Source: Octopus vulgaris (Eukaryota). Taken from it: a DNA stretch of 64,000 nt. The notes under the pieces are model-generated. The model did not search any database. It was not told the origin of the DNA and was given only the letters and a program-made list of their open reading frames with translations. The translations under genes and the position numbers were made by a program. Below are positions 12,777-26,769 of this stretch, piece by piece. The stretch covers positions 54,560,001 to 54,624,000 of the forward strand of contig OX597829.1 of NCBI GenBank assembly GCA_951406725.2, given 5' to 3'. The first letter of the stretch is position 1; the number at the start of each line of letters is the position of its first letter.

Positions 12777-14077
12777 ATTGCTCAGTATTAGATGTATTTA
12801 ATTCATTGGCAACTATTGTTATATGTGCATGCAACAAAATTCTTAGTGTGAAAAAGTATATATGTAAGCTAGACAGTGTGTGAAAAAGGAAGATAGTCCA
12901 TCTTTGCACTCTTGATACAATCATTGTTACAAGGTAGCTTTAGGAGAAATGCAAAGAGCAACATTAGGATCTGTTCAGTGCATTTGTGGATCTGCCAAAT
13001 GTTTGACACAGTAAACAGGAAAACTTATGAGGGTGTTCTCAGAAACTGGCTGCCTACCCAAAACTGTGTAAACTCATCTACCAGTTCTGCATAAGGATGA
13101 TAGTATGAGTATTTGGAGGACAGATGTGTCTGTGCATCAACTGTAAAAACGGGTTATGTATGCTTAAGATTTTCTTTACCTATACTACACAGAAGGATAA
13201 AACAGGATAATCTATTAACTTTTTAGTTGATAAAAGTTTTTCCAACATAAAGCAGTAGATCACCACAAAGTTCAAATCTGAGCTTATAGCATGCTGAAGA
13301 CTGAATAGTAATGAAAGAATGCAATTGGCAAATCATTTATCAATAGCACATGGTACCACCCTTCCAATTACTTTCTCAGCAGAACAACAATAACTACATT
13401 GCATCATTTCCAATGACTCTGCACAAGATGAAAAAGTTCTAAATTACAGGTTTCTTACCAAGATCTTTGTCAATTGGAAAGAGTTTCCTGTAAAGTGTAA
13501 ATTAAGGACTATCCGAAATGCTTCTGGAGTCCTTTAGCATCCAGTGTCTCAAGAAGATTCTTTCATTTACATGGTAAGATAGGTCTGTGCATACAAATAT
13601 CCCCCATTGAATAAAAACCAACAGCACTGATCAACCTAGACAAACATCAACTTGTATAGAGTGATCTGTGACACTACATGGACATATAGTTCACACACTT
13701 GACTCACATCTCCATAGAATCCTCTACAACCAGTTACAGTATAAGCAATGCCTGGTTGGAAAGTAAAATAACTGGTTTAAAGACCACCTGACAATTCATT
13801 CAAGGATCAACAACAACCTTCCAAAAGTCATTGCCAGCTGTCAGAGAGGAATCGAAGAGGAATATAGGGGCAAAACAAAGAATTTTGTCTGCAACCTAAA
13901 TAGTACTTGAAGGTTTAGGATCATCATCCTAATCTTTGATGTGCAGCTTCAGTTGCAAATAGGACATTGGTTTAATATGTACTTTCTGTGCTTGCATGGC
14001 TCAAACAGAAATTGAGACAGATTTTCTACAGCTGAATGGCCTTTTTGTTGCCAACCCTCATACTCCCAAGCAAGATA

Positions 14078-16150
14078 CGAGGAGGTACCCAAAAGAAACT
14101 GGAATTTTGCAATATAATTTTATTCCCTTAGTTTTACACGTTTACACTTTTATCGCCTTCAAAGTATTCTCCATTTGAAGCAATGCATCAGTTCAGGCAT
14201 GTTTTACCGTGTCTGAAGCAGTGCTGGAACTCTTGCAGAGTGATGCCTTTAAACACCTCCATCATTTCTTTCTTCAACTCTTCCACATCTGCAAATTCCA
14301 TAGCACCAGCTTTCATCAAAAAAAGGTCCAGATCAACTTCCAACTGTTCATTCAGTTCATAACACACTCATGACAACTTTTGATCTTCCATGAGCAAGCG
14401 AGGCACAAGTTTATTGCAACTCTTTTCATTTGCAATTCCTCACTCAAAATTCGTTGGCAGGAGCTCCAGGATACACCAGTCATATCAACTGTTGTTCAGT
14501 GATGGTCCTTCAAGATCAGTTCATGAACTCTTTATTCCTTCAGAAGGTCAATGGCCATCCTGAATGAGGTTGGCCTTCAAGCAGCAAATGACCATTCCTA
14601 GAGTGTGGAAACCACACATAAATTTGTGTTTTGCTCACAATAGCGTCCTTGTAAGCTGTTTCAGCAGAAAACAATTTCATGGAAGTACGCTGTTCCTTCA
14701 TTTCAGCCACCACAAAAGCTGATGAACAGGGGCGATGCACTGCAAAACAAAGAGGTATCACATAGCAGTTCAACTGCACTCAATGCTGCTTATTGGCAAA
14801 CTGATGCCTGAGGGTGGCATCAAGTGACTTCTAGTGATAGAAGCCTGAATTATGGGTTGTCTGGAAAGTTTGTGCGGATTTATAGTAGCTTACCTTTCAA
14901 CTTATTTTAGAACATGGTGGAGTCCATAAAATAGGATTTGACTACACCTCCATTTAGAGCACAGTTTAAGCTATCTTTTCGTGGAAGAAGATTTATGTTC
15001 CTATAACCTGTGTTAATTCTGTAACCCTTTAAAATAGAAGATAAGTTCATTTTCGGCACTTTATGCTTTTCTTTTTCCGTAAAGGGAAAAATGCCTCACA
15101 AGCAACCAAAGAAATATGCGCAGCTCACGGTGGTGTTTTTTTTATCCAAACGAACTGTACGGAAGTGGTTCCCAAGGTTCTGAGCTGGAGATTGTAGCCT
15201 TATTGATAAAGAGTGATCAGGCAGACCATCCACTACAGATGATGACCAAATCAAGTCATTAATTGAGAATAACCCACATTGTACAACCCGAGAATTGGCA
15301 TTAAGTCTCAACGTATCAAAATCCGTTGTTCATGAGCACCTGGTAAAGCTTGGGTACACAAATCACTACGATGTTTGGGTACCACATGAGTTGAGTGAGA
15401 AGAACCTTTTGGATCGCATTTCCATCTGTGATTCGCTTTATAAAGCAAATTGTGACAGGTGATGAGAAATGGATTATCTACCGAAATGTTCAGAGTAAGC
15501 GAAATGAGCCCCCCTTAGCCACCCCAAAAGCGGGTCTTCACCCTAAAAAAGTCTTGCTTGGTGTCTGGTGGGATTGGAAAGGAATTCTGTACTATGAGCT
15601 TCTCCCAAGTAACCAGACAATTAATTCTGAGAAATACTGCATACAACTGGGTGAGTTAAAAGCAGCAATTCAAGAGAAACGTCCAGAATTGGCCAACAGA
15701 AAGGGTGTTGTTTTCTAACATGATTATGTAAGACCACACGTTTCTTTGGGAACCAGACATAGATTGCTGCAGCTTGGCTGGGATGTGTTACCCCACCCTC
15801 CATATTCACCAGATATTGCTCCTTTGGATTTCCACTTATTCAGGTCTCTGCAGAATAGTCTTAATGGTAAAAATTTCAATTACTTGGATGACATAAAAAG
15901 ATACCTTGATTAATTATTTGTCATGAAACCACCTCAATTCTGGGAAGAGGGTATTTTCAAGTTAAAGGAAAGATGGAGACACGTTGTGCAACAAAATGGT
16001 TCACATTTGGTTGATTAAAAATGTAATGGCAAGTATTTATTGACCCTTTTCTTTCCTTTAAAAATTAGCACAAACTTTCTGAACAACCCAATACAATGGG
16101 TTTATCCCATAGAGAATGTCTCCAGTTACTTTTGGGTACCTCCCCCCTTG
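14078..16150 (-). mobile_element. Decayed mariner-like element (outer), interrupted by a second mariner
   Basis: TA|CGAGGAGGTACCCAAAAGAAACTGGA ... TCCAGTTACTTTTGGGTACCTCC..G|TA terminal inverted repeats. Minus-strand remnants MKEQR..KTQIYVWF..RNG..QPHSGWP and NGEYFEGDK. Confidence 0.8.
14853..16091 (+). mobile_element. Full-length defective mariner (DD34D-type) transposon
   Basis: Terminal repeats TGGGTTGTCTGGAAAGTTTGTGC / GCACAAACTTTCTGAACAACCCA flanked by TA. Motifs WVPHEL, IVTGDEKW, HDYVRPH, YSPDIAP, DFHLF, with stops and frameshifts. Confidence 0.93.
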
Positions 16151-16199
16151 TATTTTCCCCATGACCAGACCCAATTCTCAGAGAAGAGTGGAAACAAAT

Positions 16200-16370
16200 G
16201 ATGCTCATTTGAAATCATCACATGATGCCAAGACAAACACACATACACAACAGGATTCTTTCAGTTTCTGACTATCAAATCCACTCAAAGCTTTGGTCAC
16301 CCTAGGACTATGTGGAAGATCCTTATCCAAGTGGAATTGAACCCTAAAAGACATGATTGGGAAGGCTGTA
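16200..16370 (-). mobile_element. CORE-like SINE fragment
   Basis: ttctttcagtttctgactatcaaatccactcaaagctttggtc is the reverse of the SINE body. Confidence 0.6.
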
Positions 16371-16774
16371 GTAATCAAAAGAACTGCCAAGATTCAATGG
16401 ACAACCATAAGCCAGGACGTATGTCAGAGAGAGAGAGAGAGGGAGAGAGCAAAAAGAGATATTGTTTAGCCTCAAATTAATCTTGACAAAGCAGATATGC
16501 AATCAAAAATATTAAAGCTATGCTCATCGTTGCCAGTTTGGAGTATGCACAACTGCATTATTCAGTAAATATTTTTTTCATCAGTACAATATGCTAGGAT
16601 GGAGATTTGGATGTTATGTCTAGTAGGACAAGCAGACATGAGGATCCCTTGTAGGCTTTTCACTATGTAGGGGGACACACTGAACTATGTATGTGAAAGG
16701 AAAGACATTAAAGCATGTGTGAAACAAAGAGATGTTCCAGTATATGTGGGACAGAGAAACAGAGTGAGGAAAAA

Positions 16775-17190
16775 ACAGAGTGAGAGAGGGAGCGGAGAGA
16801 GGGGGTGAAGAGAGGGGGTGAAGAGAGGGGGTGAGGAGAGAGGGTGAGGAGAGAGGGTGAGGAGAGAGGGTGAGGAGAGAGGGTGAGGAGAGAGGGTGAG
16901 GAGAGGAGAGTGAGGAGAGGAGAGAGAGTGAGGAGAGTGAGATGAGTTAGAAGAGAGTGAGAAGAGAGTGAGAGGAGGGAGGGTGAGGAGAGTGAGAAGA
17001 GAGTGTGAAGAGAGTGAGATGAGTGAGAAGAGAGTGAGTGGAGGGAGGGTGAGGAGAGTGAGAGGGGAGAGAGGGGAGAGAGATAAGGGGAGAGAGATAA
17101 GGATAAGGGGAGAGAGACGGGTAGAAGGGGAAAGAAGAGGAGGGATGGAGAGAGAAGGAGAGGGAGATAGGGAGAGAGAAACAGACAGAG
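16775..17190. repeat. Purine-rich (GA/GGGTGAGGAGA) low-complexity tract
   Basis: About 400 nt almost entirely G and A, including 11-mer GAGAGGGTGAG repeats. Confidence 0.9.
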
Positions 17191-17462
17191 CGAAAAAGAT
17201 GTTCTTGTGTATTTGAGGGAGTGAGAGAGATATCCCAATGTATGTTGGAGAAAGAGTGAGAAAGGGATGTTCTGGTGTGTGTAAGAGAGCAAGAGAGAGA
17301 TCCTGGTGTATGTGGGAGAGAGAGATGTGTCCCGGCCTACATGGAGAGGGGAGAGAAGTGATCCAACCTATGTGAGGAAGGGAGTGTATGTGGGGGAGAG
17401 CAAGGGAGAAAGATGTCCTGGTGTATGCAGGAGAGGAGAGATGCTTGGGCGTATGTGGGAGG

Positions 17463-17648
17463 GAGATATGCTCAGCTGAGTGAGGGAGATATGCCCAGCT
17501 GAGTGAGGGAGATATGCCCAGCTGAGTGAGGGAGATATGCCCAGCTGAGTGAGGGAGATATGCCCAGCTGAGTGAGGGAGATATGCCCAGCTGAGTGAGG
17601 GAGATATGCCCAGCTGAGTGAGGGAGATATGCCCAGCTGAGTGAGGGA
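17463..17648. repeat. 23-bp minisatellite (~8 copies)
   Basis: Unit GAGATATGCCCAGCTGAGTGAGG, with degenerate relatives extending to ~18150. Confidence 0.92.
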
Positions 17649-17844
17649 GGGAGATATGCCTGGCTGGGTGAGCAAGGGAGATATGCTTGGCTGAGTGAGA
17701 GAGAGAGAGAGATGCTCGATTTGAGTGCAAGATACAGAGAGAGAGATACTCGGTTTGGGAGCAAGATACAAAGAGAGATGCTTGGTTTGGGTGCAAGGGA
17801 CAGAGAGATAGACACACTCGGTTTGCGTACAACAGCTGAGTGCG

Positions 17845-17916
17845 GGAGGCAGGTGCTCAGCCGAATGCAGGAGGCAGGTGCTCAGCCGAATGCAGGAGGC
17901 AGGTGCTCAGCCGAAT
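17845..17916. repeat. 25-bp tandem repeat (~3 copies)
   Basis: Unit GGAGGCAGGTGCTCAGCCGAATGCA. Confidence 0.9.
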
Positions 17917-20900
17917 GAGAGAGATATGCTTAGTTAAGACAGAAAGAGATATGCTTGGCTGAGTGCAAGAGAAAGAGATGCTCAGTTGAGTGTGTGTCAG
18001 AGAGAAAGAGATGCTTGGCTAAGTGTGTGAGAGGTGCTCATCTGTATATGAGAGAGAGAAAAGTGTCCAATTGTCAGTTGTACTGAGAGATGGATAAATG
18101 TCCAGTTGTAACAGAGATGTGCATTTGTAAATGAGAAAGATGTTCAGCTGTGATATATATGCACTTATGCATATACAATTGTGTTCATTTTAGTCAACAA
18201 AAATAGGCATGTTTTCATTAGTTATTTTTGAGCCCATCACTGAAAAACAAATTATAAATATCAACGACAAACATATATATGTGGTAATGATTTCCTCAAA
18301 TTAAAATTCTCCAGAATATATATGAATAAACATGAAATATTGAATCAAATTTCAAATAAAATTGATTTTTATCAGTTGAAATTTAAAAGGAAAAAAAAAA
18401 ACACTAGCAAAATGAATTCCCTGTTCATATGTAACTTTGTTCTGCCCATATGATAGGCTCAAAATAAAACTAGTTACAATTCTAATTCACTGTTGACTGG
18501 TTAAAGGTTGAAATAGATTCAATTTCAAAAGCACTTGATCCAATATCTGTATATAATAAAAACTTTCAGAAACTACTACATGCAAGATAGCTGATAAAAA
18601 CGAGAATAATATCAAAATATTGTAAGTTTTGGGAATAGCATCAAAATGTATGTAGACTGTATTTAAGCATATGTCACCAGAAAGAAAAAGCAAACTCAGC
18701 ATAGCTGCAGTTCATGTAAGTGTAAATAAGCAAAGACAGTTCAATGGATTTCATGACATTGTACTTTTTTATAGAACGTATCTCACAACCTGAGTAAATG
18801 AATGATTAGATTTGTAAGTAGTACTTGAAGATGGCTGAACTCCATCAAACTGAGTTGCTTAAGACACGCTTCAGCTTCCTTAAAACCCAATGGACCACTC
18901 CATGGCAGTTGCAGATCTGATAATGGAAAATTTCTGAGGAGTAACTATGCTAGTTATTCTGTGTAAATGTTTTTCTAAGGATCAATTTTACTAAGTTAGG
19001 CAGCAACTATGATGCTGCTGTAGTTGTTGAGTAAAAATAGTCCTATTTCTTGAAAATGAGAAATGCTAACTTTTCTTTTGTATCCTTATCATAAGACATT
19101 CCAGAAAGAAAGGATAGTATGCAAAAGTTCTTTAAATGAAACATAGAAAGTTTTCAAAATTCAGGTGATGAAGCAGATTCATTTTTGTATAAATCAACTT
19201 TTACAAGTCTAAAAAAAAAAAAAAAGTCAAACATAAAAGAGATGAGGAATAAAAAATAGTCGTTTAATTTTTAATTGTTTTTTTTTTGCTTTACACCTCA
19301 ACAATGTCTCATTTTAATATAAATAAAAGAATATGTAAAAAGTGAAAAAGGATCTTATTTTTAATGTAATTTTCATAAGATGTTGTCTAAGCAATTTCAT
19401 TATAATACGAAAATATTCCAAAAATATTTTTGTACTTTAAATGAATCACTTTCTGGAACAAAAGGTAATTTTACAACAGTATACCCAACTGTTTCAATCA
19501 TAGCATGCTACTTTATCCCACAAAATAATGTCCATGCTAACCTCTGTGGGACATGTAATCGTCACATTTTGTCTACCACTGATTCCCATAGCCAAAATTA
19601 TAACACATAGCCACTGGTATTCAACTTACATCAGGATCAACACCTTAAATCTTTAAATTAATTTTAAAACTATAGAATATATGTAATTAGCAAAAAATCA
19701 AACATTTTAATGATTTCCATAAACTTTTTGGTAACATATTGAGACTAATAAGAAAGAATGATACTTAATTGATTTCTATTAGTCAAAATCACAAAAAACA
19801 TAATTTAATGTATCAATAAAGCAAAATACATCTTAGTGAAGCAATAAAGGTGAAGTTAATGAAAGCGAGTTTCATATGCTAAAGAGCCTTTCAATGAAAT
19901 ACTAATTACCTAGTTACACTAAAAATATCCATCTGTCAAGCATAAATTTGGCAGTCAGTATAAAGGTTCTAAAATAAGTGTTAATCTGTGACATTTATAA
20001 AACTTAACCAAATATTGATATAATGATTTAAATAGCATTAGTAGTGAATTATGAATCAGTAATTAAATATTTAAATAAAATTTTAAGAAGTATATAAAAT
20101 ATTTCCTTCTCAAACTGGAATAAAGTGCAACATAGCTATATTCTGGAAATGTCAATCAAAATTATATATGATGATTAGTCTCAGTTCTTGATTAGGCCTA
20201 TGGTGCATAACTAATAAATCAAATACAGATTTCAGAAATACAGTAATTAGAAGTAGTTAAAGATTCAAGTAGAAATAACTGGATGTCATAAGGGTAACTG
20301 AAAGGCTTTTGAAAAGTCTCATATATTGCAGAACTTTACATCTGAACTAAGTCAATGCTAGTGATTCTATTATTTGTTTTAATAATTCAGTAAAAGTAAG
20401 AATATTATTCAATACTGAATCAGATTTTACATATCAAATAAAAATCTTAGAAAAACCTTGTCTAATAATATTAATTGTTAAGTTATATGATAGTCAGTTT
20501 ATTTTAATTATCAGTTCAAGAATACCTTTTCATTATCATTAGTAAAATTTGCAATAAGCAATAAAATTGCAATAAGTTGATGCATTTGAATAACTAGAAG
20601 ATAAAAAAACCCGGTACCATAAAGAAATTCTAGTTCAGAACTAGTCAGGGTATCACACACACTTTATTAAAAAAGACTGAAACACCTCCCAAGAATGTAT
20701 TAAGGCTTCATGTCAGTTAAAAGAAAAGTAATCATACAGTTTGGAGCAGAGTCAGAAGCCAAAGCCAAATAGAGTCAAAAAATATATATGATACCTTACA
20801 ACAACAGTCCAGTCTCCATTGTCTTCCCTTGAGGTAAAAAGGTTTAAAACAGTTAAATACTTGCTTGCATATAATATATTCTAATATGCAATTTTGGTGG

Positions 20901-22074
20901 CAAAAGTAAGACAGAAGAGCATATGCTTTTAAAAGAAAGACATTTCAAAGTGCCTTTATTGAAAACAGATTTTTTAAAAGAGTTTCAGAAGTAAGAGTGA
21001 TTATTTAAGGTAACTCAAAGATAAAACTGAAATATCTGTATGCTTCACAAAAGAGACTCTATTCAAGTATTAAAAGGAATTCAATAAATTCTTAAAATGT
21101 TAAAAACGATCTCAAGAAATAACTAATTTAAATACAAAGTAAATAAGGAAATCAATGATGCAGAAGAAGACCATTTTAAAATATGCAGTGAAGAATTTTA
21201 GAAGTATTTATGTTGAAATTTTAGCAGGAAAAGAATTTCTTTAAAAGCCAAGAACAGTAAAGGGAGATAGGTAAAGTAAGAACATATGGTCAAGAGTGCA
21301 ATTAAGGACATTAAAGAAAAGCAGGTGGACTGGAAGGGATACCTGCTGAGATGCTGAAAACATCCAATAAAGTAGGGTATGTACAAGTTACTTGCATAAT
21401 CAATCAGGTGGTATAGAGTAGTGTCATAATTAATGAGTGGTGGTGCAGAACGTTAACTGTTAGAAAGGTAAAAGTGATGTTCTGGAAACAAACTCTTATT
21501 TTGATGGGTGAATATGAAAAAAAGCAAAAAAACTAATAGGGAAGGTAATTAGCTTAGATGAGATTCAGTTTAAAGTTTGTGTTTGGTGTAAGAGTCCCCA
21601 GTGATGTTCTCTTCCTGGCGAGACAACAACAGGAGTTCTTACACATTAACAAAGCATTATATCAAACACTCAACATGAAGGAGGCCCCTTTAATAGGCTA
21701 CCATGGTCTGTGTTCTCATCAAGGTGAGAGTCGACAAAGATTTCAGCAAGAAATTTCACTTGCAGGTATGTTGTCTGGTAGGATTCAGTTCTCAGTATTT
21801 TGCTGTTTATTATAGTTCTCTAAGTGGTAAACAGGAAGAGTATCAAGACTAGCTGCCTATGGTAAATCTTGTTTGCTCATAACTAAGTTCTCACAACAGA
21901 ATCTGTAAAAGAGAAATTTCTAATGTAGAAACAAAGCCTAAAAATTAGGAGCATCAATGTAAACCAAAGACAAAAGTTCTGATTAGCAAAAAAGTAAACA
22001 GGACTATGGCCATTAGGGAAGACCTAAAGATGCAAAAGCTGTAAGAATTCTGTGTTGTATACCAAATCTTTAAT

Positions 22075-22388
22075 CTTGTTTCAGTCACTGTGGCTATGTT
22101 AGGATACTTCCTTGAAGGGTTTAGTCAACTTGCCTCCAGTACTTTTTAAAAAAAAAACTTGGTACTACTGTCTTTTAGCCAAACTGCTAAGTTACAGGGA
22201 AGTAAACAAACCAACACCTGTTAAGTGGTGGTTGGGAACAAAAACACTCACATACAGCCATTTCAGTTTCTGTACACCAAATCCACTCACAAGGTTTTGG
22301 TTGGCTCAAGGTGCCACAGAGTGGGACTGAAACTGGAACCATGTAGCTGGGAAGTAAATTTCTTACCACATAGCCATGCCTGCACCTA
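22075..22388 (-). mobile_element. CORE-like tRNA SINE
   Basis: Reverse complement of the 2540/47950 SINE family (ttcttaccacatagccatgcctgcacc end). Confidence 0.7.
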
Positions 22389-22479
22389 ATGTTAATTATG
22401 GATGCAAAAGTGAGGGTTCAACGGCAGGCTGACAAAGAATAAAGTCTTTATCTGTAACAGATGCACAAGAATAGTTAGC

Positions 22480-23075
22480 AACTGGAACACCCATGAAATA
22501 CTTGGAAGAAGTTGATAGTTTTCATTACCAAGATGATCTAATTAACAGTGAAGAAGACTATCCAAAAAGGACAAGACAAGAAATTTAAGGAAGCTAATAT
22601 CTCAGTTGCAATCAAATTTTTTCTTAAATAAAGGTAGAAAGTATGATGTTTGTGTACTAAATGTGAGGTTGTATGATAGCAAACTTTCAACATAAATGTG
22701 GAGGATGTACAAAAACAGGGATGATGTGAGCAAACTGTAGTACATATGTGTAATACATGAAAGATATGTACTGAGAGAAAAATAAAATATAAGAGGAATC
22801 AAATGTAGCATGCAAGAGAGCAAAATGCACTGGTAGAGATATGTGAAGCATATGGAGGATGAGAGTTTGGTGAAGCAGTGCCAAGGGAGTCCTGTGGAAG
22901 GGACTTGTGAAAGAACCAAGAAAGACTCAGGAACAAGTGTAGATACTGGACCTCACAAAAGAGATGAAGAGAGACAACAAATGACAAAGTAGTGTGTTGG
23001 AAAAGACCTATCCAAACAAAGAGATATGAAGTGATGATGTTGGATGAAAGAGATGTGTGGACCTGGCATATAAGA
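22480..23075 (+). mobile_element. Highly decayed RTE LINE 3' fragment
   Basis: gaagaagttgatagttttcattacc, aggttgtatgat and cctgtggaagggac align by eye with 6215-6790. Confidence 0.6.
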
Positions 23076-23779
23076 TACATTATGAAGAAACTTCAAGAGA
23101 AAAACCAATTCAAGACATAAGAAAAATTGTTTAAAAATGATAAAGAGCAAGGGAAGACTATCTTCTATTAACTAAAGCAATTCAGTTTTTCCAATTCCAT
23201 GCTTCCTCATCCCTTTCCTGCTGCTCTAAGCAGCAGCATTTATGATGGTGGTGGTGGTGGTGGTGGTGGTAGCTGCTGCTGCAGCAGTCAGTAATAGCAG
23301 TGATGGTAGCAGCAGCAGCAGCAGCACACTACATTCCCATTCATTTATAATGATCAAACCTACAAGCCAGCTGAAAAGATAGATAACAAGGATGAAGTGA
23401 CAATCGTAGAAATCAAAGCTGTTTCGTAGACATTAGTTAAAAACGGTACAAATTGCAATTCTTAAGACACAGCATCAGAAACTACTAAAAACATTCAATA
23501 ATGCAGAAAAGCTTCTCTTCAGCTGCAGCAATCTCATTAATCCTATCACTGACACAAGAGATAGTCACATGCACAACAAGCTGTACAAGAATACATTATG
23601 AGACAAGCGAAGAGAGCTTAACAAGAAGATATTAGTTATAATACATTCCGTATAGAAAGAAACCTCAGAGATGGAAAATAAAACATTTCTAACAATAAGC
23701 AAAGGTTATACCTATATCACACACATTCATGTACATGCACCTATGAACATACTTATGCACCTACATGTATGCATATATA

Positions 23780-23787
23780 TATTATAT

Positions 23788-23821
<34 letters not shown>

Positions 23822-24057
23822 TACCTACGCATTCACACATACCTACACATACACACATACCTATACACATACAGATATGTTTCACATATGCCATCATTTA
23901 TACATATATATATATACATACACACATATACTCTACTATAAATGTACATCTATACACATGCATATATATAGAGACACATACATTTAGAGATACAGGCATA
24001 TATATACATACCCATATATACACACAAGATGCATATCATATATATATATATATATAT

Positions 24058-24097
<40 letters not shown>

Positions 24098-24135
24098 CAC
24101 AATATATATATTATATACATACACACACACACATG
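23780..24135. repeat. (TA)/(CA) compound microsatellite
   Basis: Low-complexity TA/CA runs. Confidence 0.9.
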
Positions 24136-24144
24136 CATGTATAC

Positions 24145-24550
24145 ATAGGCATGGCTGTGTAGCTCAGAAATCTGCTACCCAACCATGTGGTTTGGGCTCA
24201 GTTCCATTGCATAACACCTTAGGCAAGTGCCCCACACCAATAAAAGCCTTGTGATGTGATTTGTTAGATGAAAACTGAAAGCCTGTAGTGCGTTTATATA
24301 TATATATGTATGTATGTGTGTGTGTGCACTTATGTCTAGACATTACATGACAGTTGTAAACAGCATCATCATCATCATACAAGTGAGGTTGTTCATCTCA
24401 AGTCTATGATGAAAAACACATCCATAGGAAAATATGCAAACAGGTAAAGATTAGCAACAGGAAGGGCAGCTGGCCATAGAAAATCTGCCTCTCACCAAAT
24501 TCCATGTGACCCATGCAGGCAGGTAAAATGGATGTTTTAAGTGATGATAC
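24145..24550 (+). mobile_element. CORE-like SINE with RTE-like tail
   Basis: ggcatggctgtg..cagttccattgc..ccttaggcaagtg head, then ccatagaaaatctgcc...acccatgcaggc...tgatgat tail. Confidence 0.6.
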
Positions 24551-26769
24551 TTATACACCAATATGCATATATATATATATACACATGTATATTATATATA
24601 CAAATATGCGTATATATGTAGACGCATACACGCACACAGACAAACATATATACACATAAATACATACATACACACACACACATATATGCTAGTACATACA
24701 TATACATACACATGTTTGTTCAAGGTCAAATTATAGTTTGATATTATGAATTTAGCCCTTATTATTAAAATATTTACTGTGTGAACATCAATGTTAACGT
24801 TTATTGCATCTAATATTATAAACACATTCTCATTAGAACAATTGGAAGGTAACATTTTGGCAGCCAAAAGCAAAGAAATTAACTAATTCTGTAATTACTA
24901 ATTATTTCCTCCTAACAGATATTCTGAAAGACTTTATATAATGATTCGTATGAATGTAATTAAGATCATGCTTTGTTAGATTATCTTAATGTGATTAAAT
25001 CGAACACGATCACAAGTAAATGAGGTATTTCAGTGTAATATTCAACGCTTGTTGTAACCCATACAAAAAAAGAAAAAAAATTAAAAAAAGCTATTAGCAA
25101 AACTATTCAGTAATTATTTTTGTTGCAACCAAAAAACCGAATGAATTATCCATATTGAATTCCTCTAAACTCACTTTCACAAAAGATTTGGGATATAATA
25201 TCTTCTGTACAGAATTTGAAGACCAAAAGCTTCAGAAAAGCATCACAAGAATAAAATGTCAAACAAAATTCTAATTGTTAATATTAAAAGACAGTTGAGA
25301 AAATATAAACTATCAAAGCAGAGAAGTGGTAATAAGAAAGTGAATGAATGAATGAATTTAGCTTTCTGTTTTACACTCAGGTTTTTGTCTTCTTAGTGAG
25401 AATAAGGTAATTTTTTCCCATGTATTATCGAAGATGTTGTGGTGTCTCTCTCGAAAATTACAATTCAATAGTCATTCTTCCTTTAATACTCCATGAACAA
25501 AAATCAATATCTGATCACTATTTTAAAAACTGCATCCCAAAAATGACTTAGCTAAATTCTAAATTATGCTCTTCATAAAAAAATATACCGTTGCACTTAC
25601 TAATTGAAATCGACATCTTAGGTAAGTTTTCGATTAGAAGAAACTAAAGGCTGAAAAATGCCATTAAAAACAGAAAAAAGAAAATACCAAAAATGAATAA
25701 AAATTGGAGATAATAAAAAACCGAAATTGCTTCCATTCCAATTCAGAATATATTTGATTTTAATCCTTGTGTTGAAGAAGACAGCTGAATCCATTGATAA
25801 ACCATTGATTATTATTATCAATGGATTTCAACACCAATTTGCAATTAAAATAGTTATATGTATGTAAATTAATATACGTGTGAATTTTTCTTTTCTGTCT
25901 TGTCAATATTTCATTTTGAAATATTTAAAAAATATTTTTCAAACCCCAAAAAAAGAAAGAAAAGGACACACTGTATTTAATAATAAACTAATCTAAATCA
26001 GAGACAGACATAGAAATAAATGCTAGAAATTAACAGCAACTCCGAATGTCAGCCATTCATTCCGAACTGGAAATCGTATCAAGTTTATAAGGAAAGAAAA
26101 AGGAAAAGGAAAAACAGAAACATCGATGGAAAGTGACAATTTAATTTCTTATTTCTTCCTCATCTTTCGCTCCTAACAAAATAACTTATTGATTCAATCG
26201 AATGAATGAAACACATTATATTCACAGGACAAACTATCAAGTGCTTTCTTCTTTCTTTCTTTCTTTTTTTTTTTCATTTCAGAGATTATCATCATCCGAT
26301 ATTCATTGAAGAGGTGTCAGATTAGACCACCACACAGGATAATGTATAATAATAATAATAATGATGATGGTGGTGAGGGATAACAATGACTACATTAAAA
26401 ATAATTATTAAGGAATTGCATTAAGAGGACATTTATGGATGAGTGTATAATAAAAATAATGTGGAAGAAAGTTAACATAATTACTGCAACAGGTTGAGGG
26501 AGAAGAAAAGATAACATTTGTAGACACACACACAAATGTTAGATATATACATATACATACATAGACACTGTATACGTACACATAAACACATGAATATGTA
26601 TGTATGTGTGTATATACATATATATATATGTGTACATATCTATACACACACATGAATGTGTATGTCCAGGGTATTTCATTGAAAAGAAAAAAAATTAAAT
26701 CCATTCCTCTCCTTCCCAAATGACATTAAAATTAGAAATTACAGCAGCTTTATTAGCAAAAAAGACCAA

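Noticed and set aside
16685-17832. 376-aa and overlapping Ser/Leu/Pro ORFs
   Set aside because: They come from the GA tract and the 23-bp minisatellite, with no domain signal.
17463-17916. CRISPR-like appearance of tandem arrays (also 45631-45735 and the RTE units)
   Set aside because: There are no unique spacers and no cas genes, and the context is eukaryotic.
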